Origin: Bacillota bacterium
GTDB taxonomy: Bacteria > Bacillota > Sulfobacillia > JAJZYS01 > JAJYTV01
Length of the DNA: 64,000 nt
NCBI GenBank assembly: GCA_021793215.1
Contig: JAJYTE010000001.1
Span: 18,329-82,328, forward strand
Direction of reading: 5' to 3'
A program made the position numbers and the translations under genes. The notes beneath the pieces are model-generated. The model made no database searches, was not told the DNA's origin, and saw only the letters and a list, made by a program, of their open reading frames with translations. Numbering within the stretch: the stretch's first letter is position 1; each line of letters starts with the position of its first letter. This document shows, in pieces, positions 26,945 to 35,601 of the stretch.

Positions 26945-29113
26945 TCAGGGGTAGGAGTCGGGCGAGCCCAGTACCCAGAGCCCTCGGCCGTACGTTGCGG
27001 CGAGGATGCTGCCGTCGGGCATCGGCGTCAGTCCGGCCACCTCGACGTTCGGCAGGCCCTTGCCGAGCTTGCGCCAGACGGCGTTCGCGGCGGGGCTGTA
27101 GTACACGGCGCGGCCGGTGGCGGCGTAGAGGCCGCCGCCGTTCGCCAAGAGGTCGTTCACCGCGAACTTCGGCAGGTTCCCGGAGATGTCGACCCACGAT
27201 GGCCAGGATGCCCCGGCGGACGGCGTCTCCATGACGAACGGGCAGTCCGGCAGCGACTGCGGGTAGGCGTAGGCGAGGGACACGAAGACGCGGTACGGGT
27301 TCGTTGTGGCGACGCTGATCGCGGTGATGTAGTCGTCGGGCAGCGCGCCCGCTCCTGGCGGGCAGGCGGTCGGCCAAGTCGAGGGGCCGATGTCCTGCCA
27401 CGTGTGTCCACCGTTTTGCGACATCTCGAGCAGTCCATCGCCCCAGCCCGCGTACATCACTTCGGGGTCCGACGGCGCAACCGCGATCGCGGAGAGCGGA
27501 CCCGATCCGCGCGCGACGTGCGTCAACTGCTGCCAGCGGAGACCACGGTCCAGGGAACGCCAGACGTTTTGCTCGCCGAGCAGCACGTCGCCCGGCGCCA
27601 AGGGGTCCGCTGCGATCGGGCCGGCGAGGTGTCCTGGCACCTTCGAGGCGCGCCAATGCGCGCCGAAGTCGACCGAGCGCTGCACTTGTCCGTCCACCTC
27701 GCCGAGCAGCGCGACCTTCTTGCCGGGCAGGATCAGGTTGAAGTAGCCGTCGCCGTCGATCATCGACCGCCACGCGGCGGTGCGGGTGGTGAAGAGCGCC
27801 GTGCCGTTGTCCTGGAACCCCGCCAGGATGCTGCGGCCGTCCCGCGATACGGAGACCCCTTGGTAGACCTGGGTGATCGAGAGGTTGGTGTTGAGGTCCT
27901 GCACCCCGCCGCCCGGCGGGACCGCGTAGACTCCGCCGTCGTTGCCGATGTAGAGCGTGCCCTGGGAGAAGGTGAGGGCGTGCTGGTCGGTGTGCAGGTA
28001 GTAGTGGTCGGTGAGGTCTTGCCACGTCTTCCCGCCGTTCGCGGAGGCGACGAGATCGACGCCGCCGGCGAAGACGACGTTCGGGTCGGTCGGGGAGACG
28101 GCCAGCACGTTGTCGTAATCACCCTGCGCCGCGATCGGAGTGCCCGGCTCGCGGAAGTAGTCCTTCACCCGCAGCTTTCGCCAGGACGCGCCCCCGTCGC
28201 GGCTCGCGTAGAGCCCGAGCAGGCAGTCCTGGCAGCCCTGACGCAGTCCGGCGTAGGCCGTGTAGAGAACCTTGGGGTCGCTCGGTGCGACGGCGATCGC
28301 GACCCGACCGATCAGGGAACCTTGGCTGGGCAACCCGCCCCCGAGCCGATGCCAGGTTCGCCCACCGTCGAGCGAGCGCTCCACGCCCGTCCCCGTCACC
28401 CCTGCCAGCAGCGCCTCGGGCTTGCCCGGCACGAACTTGAGGTCGGTCGTCGGCTCGCGCAGCACTGTGCGCCAGTGCACTCCACCGTCGTCGGAGCGCA
28501 CGACGCCGAGATCGCCCGCGGCGAAGATCCGGTTCGGATCCGCCGGGTCGACGACGATGCTCGCGAGGTAGTGGCCCTCGAAGGTGTGGCGGCCCAAGAG
28601 CCGCCAGGTGGCGCCGGCGTCCGAGGACTTCAGCACGCCCATGCTGTAGAAGCAGTCCCCGCAGTCGTCGTCCTCCCCGGTGGCGGCGTAGATCACGCTC
28701 GGATTGGCAGGGTCGAGCGCCAGGGCGCCGATCGCGAGATCGGGCGCACTGTCGGTGAGTGGACGCCAGGTGCGTCCCGACGTCGTGGACGACCAGACGC
28801 CGCCGCTCGCCGAACCGGCGTAGATCGTGCCGTTCGGTGCCACTGCGATGCTCGTCACCCTGCCGCTCTCACGGCCGGAGTAGGGGTCCCCGAACACCGG
28901 GGCCGGTCCGATCGAGCGCCACGCGCCGGACACTGCCAGCGCGCGGTGGGCCTGGGGAGCGGAAGGGAGCGACGCCGCGACCGCGATCGCCGCGCAGCCA
29001 AGCGCGGCAAGCCAGGAAACCGCACGTCGACGGTCCAGTACGACGCCCCCTCCTTTCGACAGCAACTGCTGCACGCGACTTCTCCTCGCGTGCGGACGCT
29101 TCCTGCGGCGCAT
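26945..29113 (-). CDS. Secreted BNR/Asp-box repeat beta-propeller protein (sialidase/GH74-like fold)
   Basis: At least 9 Asp-box motifs (SxDxGxTW: SSDAGATW, SDDGGVHW, SLDGGRTW, SRDGGASW, SANGGKTW, SVDFGAHW, SLDRGLRW, SQNGGHTW...). N-terminal Arg-rich n-region plus hydrophobic segment VSWLAALGCAAIAVAASLPSAPQA. The start is uncertain (M at 29113, 29185 or 29218). Confidence 0.6.
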   Translation of the reverse strand: MRRRKRPHARRSRVQQLLSKGGGVVLDRRRAVSWLAALGCAAIAVAASLPSAPQAHRALAVSGAWRSIGPAPVFGDPYSGRESGRVTSIAVAPNGTIYAGSASGGVWSSTTSGRTWRPLTDSAPDLAIGALALDPANPSVIYAATGEDDDCGDCFYSMGVLKSSDAGATWRLLGRHTFEGHYLASIVVDPADPNRIFAAGDLGVVRSDDGGVHWRTVLREPTTDLKFVPGKPEALLAGVTGTGVERSLDGGRTWHRLGGGLPSQGSLIGRVAIAVAPSDPKVLYTAYAGLRQGCQDCLLGLYASRDGGASWRKLRVKDYFREPGTPIAAQGDYDNVLAVSPTDPNVVFAGGVDLVASANGGKTWQDLTDHYYLHTDQHALTFSQGTLYIGNDGGVYAVPPGGGVQDLNTNLSITQVYQGVSVSRDGRSILAGFQDNGTALFTTRTAAWRSMIDGDGYFNLILPGKKVALLGEVDGQVQRSVDFGAHWRASKVPGHLAGPIAADPLAPGDVLLGEQNVWRSLDRGLRWQQLTHVARGSGPLSAIAVAPSDPEVMYAGWGDGLLEMSQNGGHTWQDIGPSTWPTACPPGAGALPDDYITAISVATTNPYRVFVSLAYAYPQSLPDCPFVMETPSAGASWPSWVDISGNLPKFAVNDLLANGGGLYAATGRAVYYSPAANAVWRKLGKGLPNVEVAGLTPMPDGSILAATYGRGLWVLGSPDSYP

Positions 29114-29183
29114 GGTGCGTTCGCGCGCGGCAGGAATCGCTCCGCATCGCCATGAACCGCTCGCGGCGAAGGAGCGGTGCCGC

Positions 29184-30461
29184 ATGGACCGACGAGCCTG
29201 GGAGGAACGCGCCCGCACGGAGGACGCGAAGGACCCGCTGTCCGCGTATCGCAGCGAGTTCTACCGGCCGCTCGAGACGATCTACCTCGACGGGAACTCC
29301 CTCGGACTTCTATCCCGGCCGGCGGAGGCGGCGCTGCTGCACGCGCTCGACGAGTGGCGCTGCCTCGGCGTCGGCGGGTGGGGCGGCGGGGATCCCGCCT
29401 GGTTTCACCTCGCCGAGCGCATCGGCGCGCTCGAGGCGCCGCTCGTCGGCGCCGAGCCGGAGGAGGTCGTCGCCGCCGCCTCGACGACGCTCAACCTGCA
29501 CCAGTTGCTCTCCACGTTCTACCGTCCGGATGGCGCGCGGCGCGTGCTGCTCTGCGACCCCCTGAACTTCCCGAGTGACAGGTATGCGATCGAGAGCCAC
29601 CTGCGACTGCGCGGCGAGGATCCTGCGGCATGCCTGCGCGAGGTGCCGAGCCGAGACGGCCGCACGCTCTCGGCGGCGGACATCCTCGCGAGCCTTGGCG
29701 AGGACGTCGCCCTCGCCGTGCTGCCCGCAGTGCTCTACCGCAGCGGGCAACTGCTGGACGTGCGCGGCGTGACCGAGGCGGCGCACGCGCGGGGCGCCTT
29801 GATCGGCTGGGACCTCTCGCACGCCGCCGGCGCCGTACCGCTCCAGCTGCACGACGACGGCGCCGACTTCGCCTTCTGGTGCAACTACAAGTACCTGGGC
29901 GGCGGCCCGGGCGCCGCGGCGTCTCTCTTCGTGCACCGTCGCCACTTCGATCGCACGCCGGGCCTGTGGGGCTGGTTCGGCTCGCGCAAGGATCGCCAGT
30001 TCGACATGCTGCAGACCTTCGAGGCCGCAAGCGGCGCAGGGGCGTACCAGACGGGCACGCCGCACATCCTCGCGATGGCTCCGCTCCTGGGCGCGCTCCC
30101 TCTGATCGGGCGTGCCGGCATCACCGCGATCCGCGAGAAGTCGCTGCGGCAGACGTCGCTGCTCATCGAGATGGGCGACGACCTCTTGCGCCCCCTCGGC
30201 TTCACCGTCGGCACGCCGCGGGCGGCCGGCCAGCGCGGCGCCCACGTCGCGTTTGAGCACCCCGAGGGCGCGCGCATCGCGCGCGCCCTGAAGGCATGCG
30301 GGGTCGTGCCGGACTTTCGACCGCCTGACGTCGTGCGGCTCGGACCGAATCCACTGTACACTTCGTTCTCCGAGATCGCGCGGGCCGTCTTGCGGATGCT
30401 GGAGGTCGTGGAGTCCGGAGTCTACCTGCGTCACGCCGCCGAGCGGGACGAGATCGCGTAG
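29184..30461 (+). CDS. kynU: Kynureninase
   Basis: Start MDRRAWEERARTEDAKDPLSAYRSEFY with SD AAGGAGCGG. PLP-lysine region ...FAFWCNYKYLGGGPGAAASLFVH.... The track start at 29112 is an extension. Confidence 0.85.
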   Translation: MDRRAWEERARTEDAKDPLSAYRSEFYRPLETIYLDGNSLGLLSRPAEAALLHALDEWRCLGVGGWGGGDPAWFHLAERIGALEAPLVGAEPEEVVAAASTTLNLHQLLSTFYRPDGARRVLLCDPLNFPSDRYAIESHLRLRGEDPAACLREVPSRDGRTLSAADILASLGEDVALAVLPAVLYRSGQLLDVRGVTEAAHARGALIGWDLSHAAGAVPLQLHDDGADFAFWCNYKYLGGGPGAAASLFVHRRHFDRTPGLWGWFGSRKDRQFDMLQTFEAASGAGAYQTGTPHILAMAPLLGALPLIGRAGITAIREKSLRQTSLLIEMGDDLLRPLGFTVGTPRAAGQRGAHVAFEHPEGARIARALKACGVVPDFRPPDVVRLGPNPLYTSFSEIARAVLRMLEVVESGVYLRHAAERDEIA

Positions 30462-30540
30462 CAAGAGCGCAGGAGGTCGGCCAAGTGGCCGGCCTCCTGC
30501 GCTCTTCGGGACTTGCGCCAGGGGGTACTGGGGTGCGGGG

Positions 30541-31101
30541 TTACTTCGGGGCGTACTTGGCGAACGAAGCCAGGTGGCTCCAGTAGGCGCCATATCCCAT
30601 GTAGCAGAAGATCACGGCGGCGACGATCAGCAGGAGGGCGGCGATCAGCGTGATGGCGCGCTGGTTCTTGTAGCCGATCGCCGGCAGGGTGACCATCCCG
30701 CCGAGTCCTGCGAGGATGTAGCCGGTACCCGAGAGCGTGGGCTCCGAGGTCATGCCCAGGTTCATCATGCGGATGCCGACGACGATCGGCACAAGTCCGG
30801 CGAAGAAGCCGACGATCGCTGGCCCGAGGATGTCCTGCTTCATCAGCAGCAGGATGCCGGCGAGGGCGAAGACCGCGCCGAAGATCAGGGCCGGCTCGCC
30901 GAAGGCGATGTTGTAGCTGCTCGGCAGGATCCAATGCTCGACGATGTTCAGCGCGAGAATGAACTGCACGACACCTACCGTCAGGAATCCACCGCCCCAG
31001 GTCTGGCGCTTCGTCTCATCCGGCTGGAAGTAAAGGTAGAACGCCAGTAGCGCGAGCCCGATGCCAACAGTCACAAGCATGAGAGCAAGGTAGTCGATCA
31101 T
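30541..31101 (-). CDS. Small polytopic membrane protein, possibly AmiS/UreI-family channel
   Basis: 186 aa from MIDYLALMLVTVGIGLALLAFY... with 6 predicted TM segments and SD GGGAGG. Family assignment is tentative. Confidence 0.4.
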   Translation of the reverse strand: MIDYLALMLVTVGIGLALLAFYLYFQPDETKRQTWGGGFLTVGVVQFILALNIVEHWILPSSYNIAFGEPALIFGAVFALAGILLLMKQDILGPAIVGFFAGLVPIVVGIRMMNLGMTSEPTLSGTGYILAGLGGMVTLPAIGYKNQRAITLIAALLLIVAAVIFCYMGYGAYWSHLASFAKYAPK

Positions 31102-31623
31102 CGCACTGAGCCTCCCTATCGGCAGGTCCGCGTTCCGCTTCGCGGTCGCGCGCTCCGGTCGTCCGAAGCCTCCTGCCGCAACCAATATCGCGCGTGGCGA
31201 CATTCGCAAACACGGCAAGCGGTCCCCAGATGCGTGGCGCATTCGGCGCACGGGCCGGGGTCCAATCGACGTCCGCGGTCCATCAGGGAAGGCGTGTCGG
31301 CCCAAGAAGGGGTCCATCTGCCGCGGTCAAGCGACTGCGGTCGGGCGATTGCTTGGCCATACGGACGCGCTGCGCGGGAGGGTTCGCCGCAAGGCGCGCG
31401 TGGAGCGCGCGTTCGCGATCTCGGGGCGGGTGCGATGCGGTAGATGACGGATGGGAGGAAACATGCCGTCAAGGCGTCGCGAGCGCGCACGCGTCGGCGC
31501 CGTTCGACGCGTGGCCCGGGTCGGCAAGCCGCCTGTCCGCGTGCTCGCACCGTTCGTCGCACGCGTCGACATACGGCAGGAGTCACGCGGCAGGATCCGG
31601 AAAGAGCGCCGAGGAGGTGTCCG

Positions 31624-32214
31624 ATGATGGCGCGCGCGCGCGTTTGGCGGCTTTCCATGGTCCTCCTGTCGTTGGCCCTGCTCGGAGGCTGTGGCGCGCC
31701 TTCGGTGGCGCCCAAGGCGACGAAGCCCGCGGTGGCGAGGCACGTGGCGCATAGCAGCAAGACGAGATCAAAGACGTCGTCGACGTTAGGGGCGTCCTCG
31801 ACACCGGCGCCTGGCGGGGCGTCGCAGGGGACGTCGAACGGTGGAGGAGGCAGCGCCTCAAGCGGAGCGACCCTGACCTACAGCATGGCGCCACCCGGCC
31901 AGACCACGGGTGGCGCGATGGCGATGCTTTCGGTCAGCGGGCTGCCACAGGGCTGGCAGCTCCAGTACCTTCAGGCCTGGTCCTCCGCGGGAGAGATTAC
32001 CGCCGAGAGTCCATCGGAGGCCATGACCAGCGGGTTCGGCCCTGCGCAGGGCGGCTTCTCGATGGGCTCGGACGGCGAGGTGATCAGTTACTTCTTCCCG
32101 TACCCGCCGGGCAAGTGGGCGGGCACGACGGTGCATTTCACGTTCGTCTACGCCACGCCGACGTCGTCGAGCCAGTCGGTGTCGAGCCAAGCGTTCCTCT
32201 TCCCGCAGGAGTAG
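31624..32214 (+). CDS. Lipoprotein
   Basis: MMARARVWRLSMVLLSLALLGGC gives a lipobox LLGGC. A Ser/Thr/Gly-rich linker is followed by a ~100-aa domain. Strong SD GAGGAGGTG. Confidence 0.6.
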   Translation: MMARARVWRLSMVLLSLALLGGCGAPSVAPKATKPAVARHVAHSSKTRSKTSSTLGASSTPAPGGASQGTSNGGGGSASSGATLTYSMAPPGQTTGGAMAMLSVSGLPQGWQLQYLQAWSSAGEITAESPSEAMTSGFGPAQGGFSMGSDGEVISYFFPYPPGKWAGTTVHFTFVYATPTSSSQSVSSQAFLFPQE

Positions 32215-32222
32215 GGAAGGGC

Positions 32223-33548
32223 CTACGCCACGGCGCGTACGGCGGTGAAGAGGCCGACGCCGATCACGGCCGCAACAGCCAGCCAGACGGCCAGTCGGTA
32301 GACGCCGCGCATGCGCGCCGACGGCGGCAGCGCCTTCGCCTCCAGAACGACGAGGAACCCAAGCACGATCGGCAGGAGGATGGCGTTCATCACCTCGACG
32401 TCGATCGTCAACCGCACCAGCGGCGCGCCGGACAGCACGGCGATCGCGCCGATCGCCAGCGCCGCTGCGTAGGAGAGGTAGAAGACCCTGGCGTCGCGCG
32501 GGTTGCGGTTCAGGCTGTGCGGCTGGCCGAGCGCCTCGCTGACGCCGAAGGCGGCCGCCAGCGAGACGACGAGGGCGGCGACGAGCGAGGCGCCGAGAAT
32601 GCCGAGCCCGAAGACCGCCTTCGCGCCGAGGTAGCCGAGGAACGGCTCCAGTGCGTGGGAGATCTCCGGGATGCCCGTGAGGCTGTGGCTGCCGCGCGCG
32701 GAGCCGATCGTCGCGCCGACGGCCACGACAACGCTGATCATCACGACCTGGGTCGCGATGGCGCCGAGCAGAGTGTCCAGCTTCGCGCTGCGCAGGTCGC
32801 GCGCCGAGAGTCCCTTGTCGATGACTGCGCCCTGCTGGTAGAAGACCATCCAAGGCATGATCACGGCGCCGACGTTCGCCGCGAGCAGGTAGAGGTATCC
32901 GCCGTCCCGGAGCGGCATGCTGGAGATGCCGTGCACCAGCGCGGCGCCGTTCGGATGCGCGAGCAGCGCCGCGGGCAGGAAGAGCAGCTCAAAGAGACCG
33001 AGCGCGATGCCGACCCGCTCCACCTTGCGGTAGCTGCCGCCGAGCCCGAGTCCGATCAACAGGGCGGCCGCGGCGATGACGGCCAGGGAGGGCGAGACGC
33101 CGAAGAGCTGGGCGACGCCCGCGATGCCCGCGAACTCGGTGACGATCGCGCCGAGGCACGCGACGAACAGGGTCCCGACCGAGAGGTAGGCCCACCCGTC
33201 GCCGAACGCTTCGCGGATCAGTTCGCCATGCCCCTTGCCGGTCAGCACCCCGAGGCGCACGGTCAACTCCTGGACGAAGTAGAGCACGGGGATGAGGAGT
33301 AGCTGGGGCAGCACCATGCGGTAGCCCCACTGCGCGCCAGACTGGGCGGCAGTGACGACGCTGCCCGCGTCGGTATCCGCCAGCATGACCATCAGTCCTG
33401 GTCCGATGATCGCTGCGATCTGCGCTACGCGCCGCCACCTGGCGGGGCGTAGCGCAGTTGCGTCGACGTCCACCGCGTTTCCCCCAACTTGGCGAGGCTG
33501 CCCATTCGCGGCAAGCTTGCCCGATCGCCGGGCAGCCGAGTCCCCCAC
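32223..33548 (-). CDS. Divergent Nramp-family transporter with non-canonical metal-site motifs (NRMT/NRAMP-related-like)
   Basis: The LeuT-fold/Nramp pattern is retained but TM1 reads MLADTDAGSV instead of DPGN, and TM6 reads GAVIMPWMVFYQQ instead of A.IMPHA. The start is uncertain (GTG at 33548, or GTG at V26 after GGGGGA). Confidence 0.65.
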   Translation of the reverse strand: MGDSAARRSGKLAANGQPRQVGGNAVDVDATALRPARWRRVAQIAAIIGPGLMVMLADTDAGSVVTAAQSGAQWGYRMVLPQLLLIPVLYFVQELTVRLGVLTGKGHGELIREAFGDGWAYLSVGTLFVACLGAIVTEFAGIAGVAQLFGVSPSLAVIAAAALLIGLGLGGSYRKVERVGIALGLFELLFLPAALLAHPNGAALVHGISSMPLRDGGYLYLLAANVGAVIMPWMVFYQQGAVIDKGLSARDLRSAKLDTLLGAIATQVVMISVVVAVGATIGSARGSHSLTGIPEISHALEPFLGYLGAKAVFGLGILGASLVAALVVSLAAAFGVSEALGQPHSLNRNPRDARVFYLSYAAALAIGAIAVLSGAPLVRLTIDVEVMNAILLPIVLGFLVVLEAKALPPSARMRGVYRLAVWLAVAAVIGVGLFTAVRAVA

Positions 33549-33657
33549 GGGCGCTCGGGCCGTTGAAAAAGCTCACTGCCATACTGGGAATTCGCGCGGA
33601 CGGGGGTCAACGGCCGTTCGGGCCAACGGGAGGCGTCCAGACGCCGGGATCGGAGCT

Positions 33658-34320
33658 CTACTCCGGTCGGGATGTGAGCAGCACGTCGACCGGCAGGCGC
33701 AGGAAGGAGCGGCGCATCGCGATGCGCGGAGTGAGTCCCGCCGCGTGCGCCAGTCTGCGCAGGGCGAGCGGGCGGCCGAACCAGGCGAGCGGCAGGGCGT
33801 GGCGCAGGATCTCGTAGTACTGGAGCTGGCGATCGACCGCGGTGGCGTCCGCGAGCGACGCGACGACGATCCGCCCGCCGGGGCGCACGACGCGGGCGAG
33901 CTCTGAGAGTGCGGCTTCCGTCTGCCCGGGCTTCAGGAGCTCGAGCGTCAGCACGCTCACCGCGCCGTCGAAGGCGCCATCCTCGAACGGCAGGCGCCGG
34001 GCGTCTGCCTGCCGCACGGCTGCCGGAGACGGGTGCTCGGTCGCGGTTAGAAGTCGCTCCGCGACCCGGCACATGCCGGGCGAGATGTCGACGCCCTCGA
34101 CGCGTCCCTTCGCGCCCACGAGGTGCGAGAGCGCGATCAGGAGGCGTCCTGTGCCGCTGCCGACGTCCAGCACCCGTTCTCCTTCCTGCGGCTGCAGGAG
34201 GGAGAGCGCCGCCTCCCAGATCTCCTCCGAGGTCTGGTAGAAGAGCGAGTCGTAGAGCGATGCAAGCATGCTGAAGGAGCGCCGCAGCCGTCCCGCCCGC
34301 GCGTCAAGGTCCTGGGCCAT
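33658..34320 (-). CDS. Class I SAM-dependent methyltransferase
   Basis: Start MAQDLDARAG with SD GAGGAGGT. Motif I VLDVGSGTGRL. The track ORF to 34914 is an N-terminal extension. Confidence 0.8.
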   Translation of the reverse strand: MAQDLDARAGRLRRSFSMLASLYDSLFYQTSEEIWEAALSLLQPQEGERVLDVGSGTGRLLIALSHLVGAKGRVEGVDISPGMCRVAERLLTATEHPSPAAVRQADARRLPFEDGAFDGAVSVLTLELLKPGQTEAALSELARVVRPGGRIVVASLADATAVDRQLQYYEILRHALPLAWFGRPLALRRLAHAAGLTPRIAMRRSFLRLPVDVLLTSRPE

Positions 34321-34431
34321 CGGGCGACCTCCTCGTACCTTCCACCAACCAGGATCATAGCAGTTCGCCCGAGAACGCAGGGGACAGGCCGGGTGCGGCG
34401 TAACGAACAAGGATACGGGAGGCGACGCCGC

Positions 34432-35601
34432 GTGGGATGGACGCTCGAGGATCTGCGCTCCGACATTCCTGTGCTGCGCCGCAAGGTCTACTTGAACACG
34501 GGAACGCTGGGCCCGTCGCCGCAGACAGTCACGGTCGCGTTCGTGCGCGCGTACGAGCAGTGGCAGGTCGAGGGGCCGGGGTGGCCGGCGGGGTACGAGG
34601 CGCGCCGGGCCGGCATGGACGCTGTGCGCGCCGAGGTCGGCCTCCTGCTGGGGGCCACTGGCGAAAGGATTGCGCTGGCGGAGAACGTCTCGCAGGCGAT
34701 CAACTGGGTGGCTGGGGCTCTGCCCTTCTCGGAGGGCGACGAGGTGATCGTGGGGACGCACGAGCATCCGGCGAACCGCTACCCGTGGCGGGCGCTGGAG
34801 CGAATGGGGCGCATCCGGGTCGTGCCCTGGGAGATGGACGGCGACGACGACGAACTCCTGACGCAGCTCGAGCGCAGTCTTACGTCCCGTACGCGACTCG
34901 TCGCCGTCTCGCACGTGCTGCAGAGCACGGGACGCGTTTTGCCCGCCCAGAGGATCGTCAGCCTATGCCGGTCGGCGGGCGCGCTCTCGCTGATCGACGG
35001 AGCGCAGGCGATCGGGCAGATGCGGGTCGACCTCTCCGCCCTGGACCCGGACTTCTACGGTTTCAACGGGCACAAGTGGCTGCTCGCGCCCGTCGGCACG
35101 GCGGGGCTGTACGCGCGGCCGGACGCGTTCGCGCACCTCGGCCTGCTGCCGGCCGGCAGCGGGTCGGCGGAAGGGGACCTCCAGGGTCGCCGCACGGACG
35201 ACGTCGCTTGGCGCGAGACGCCGCGGCGCTTCGAAGTCGGCACGCGCAACTGGCCGCTCTACACGGGACTCGGGCGCGCGATCGCCCTCTTCGCCGAGAT
35301 CGGCTGGCAGCGGGCGTGGGATGCGTCCTCCGCCCGCGTGGCGGAGTTCCTCGCCGGCCTGCCGCCGGGCGTTGAGGCGGTAGCTGTGCCGCGCCGCGCG
35401 GCCATGGTCTCCGTCCGCGTGCGGGACCTCCCGGCGCGCCAGGTGGTGGACGGGCTCTACCGCCACGGCCAAGTCGTGGCGCGGGCCGTCGAGGAACTGC
35501 ATCCGCGCGAGGCGGTTCGGTTCTCCTTCGCCCCCTTCAACACGCCCGCAGACGTCGAGGCGGCGCTCGCGGCCCTGGGGGAGGTGGCACGTGATGGCTG
35601 A
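34432..35601 (+). CDS. Class V aminotransferase (cysteine desulfurase / isopenicillin-N-epimerase-like)
   Basis: GTG at 34432 after GGGAGG. ...VYLNTGTLGPSPQTV...THEHPANRYPWR...FNGHKWLLAPVGTAGLYAR..., with the PLP-lysine at HK. Confidence 0.8.
   Translation: MGWTLEDLRSDIPVLRRKVYLNTGTLGPSPQTVTVAFVRAYEQWQVEGPGWPAGYEARRAGMDAVRAEVGLLLGATGERIALAENVSQAINWVAGALPFSEGDEVIVGTHEHPANRYPWRALERMGRIRVVPWEMDGDDDELLTQLERSLTSRTRLVAVSHVLQSTGRVLPAQRIVSLCRSAGALSLIDGAQAIGQMRVDLSALDPDFYGFNGHKWLLAPVGTAGLYARPDAFAHLGLLPAGSGSAEGDLQGRRTDDVAWRETPRRFEVGTRNWPLYTGLGRAIALFAEIGWQRAWDASSARVAEFLAGLPPGVEAVAVPRRAAMVSVRVRDLPARQVVDGLYRHGQVVARAVEELHPREAVRFSFAPFNTPADVEAALAALGEVARDG

Noticed and set aside
33549-33657. Possible metal (M-box or yybP-ykoY) riboswitch in front of the divergent Nramp gene
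   Set aside because: The 109-nt gap is mostly taken up by a terminator-like hairpin for the upstream methyltransferase and a candidate promoter. The remaining leader is too short for either riboswitch class.
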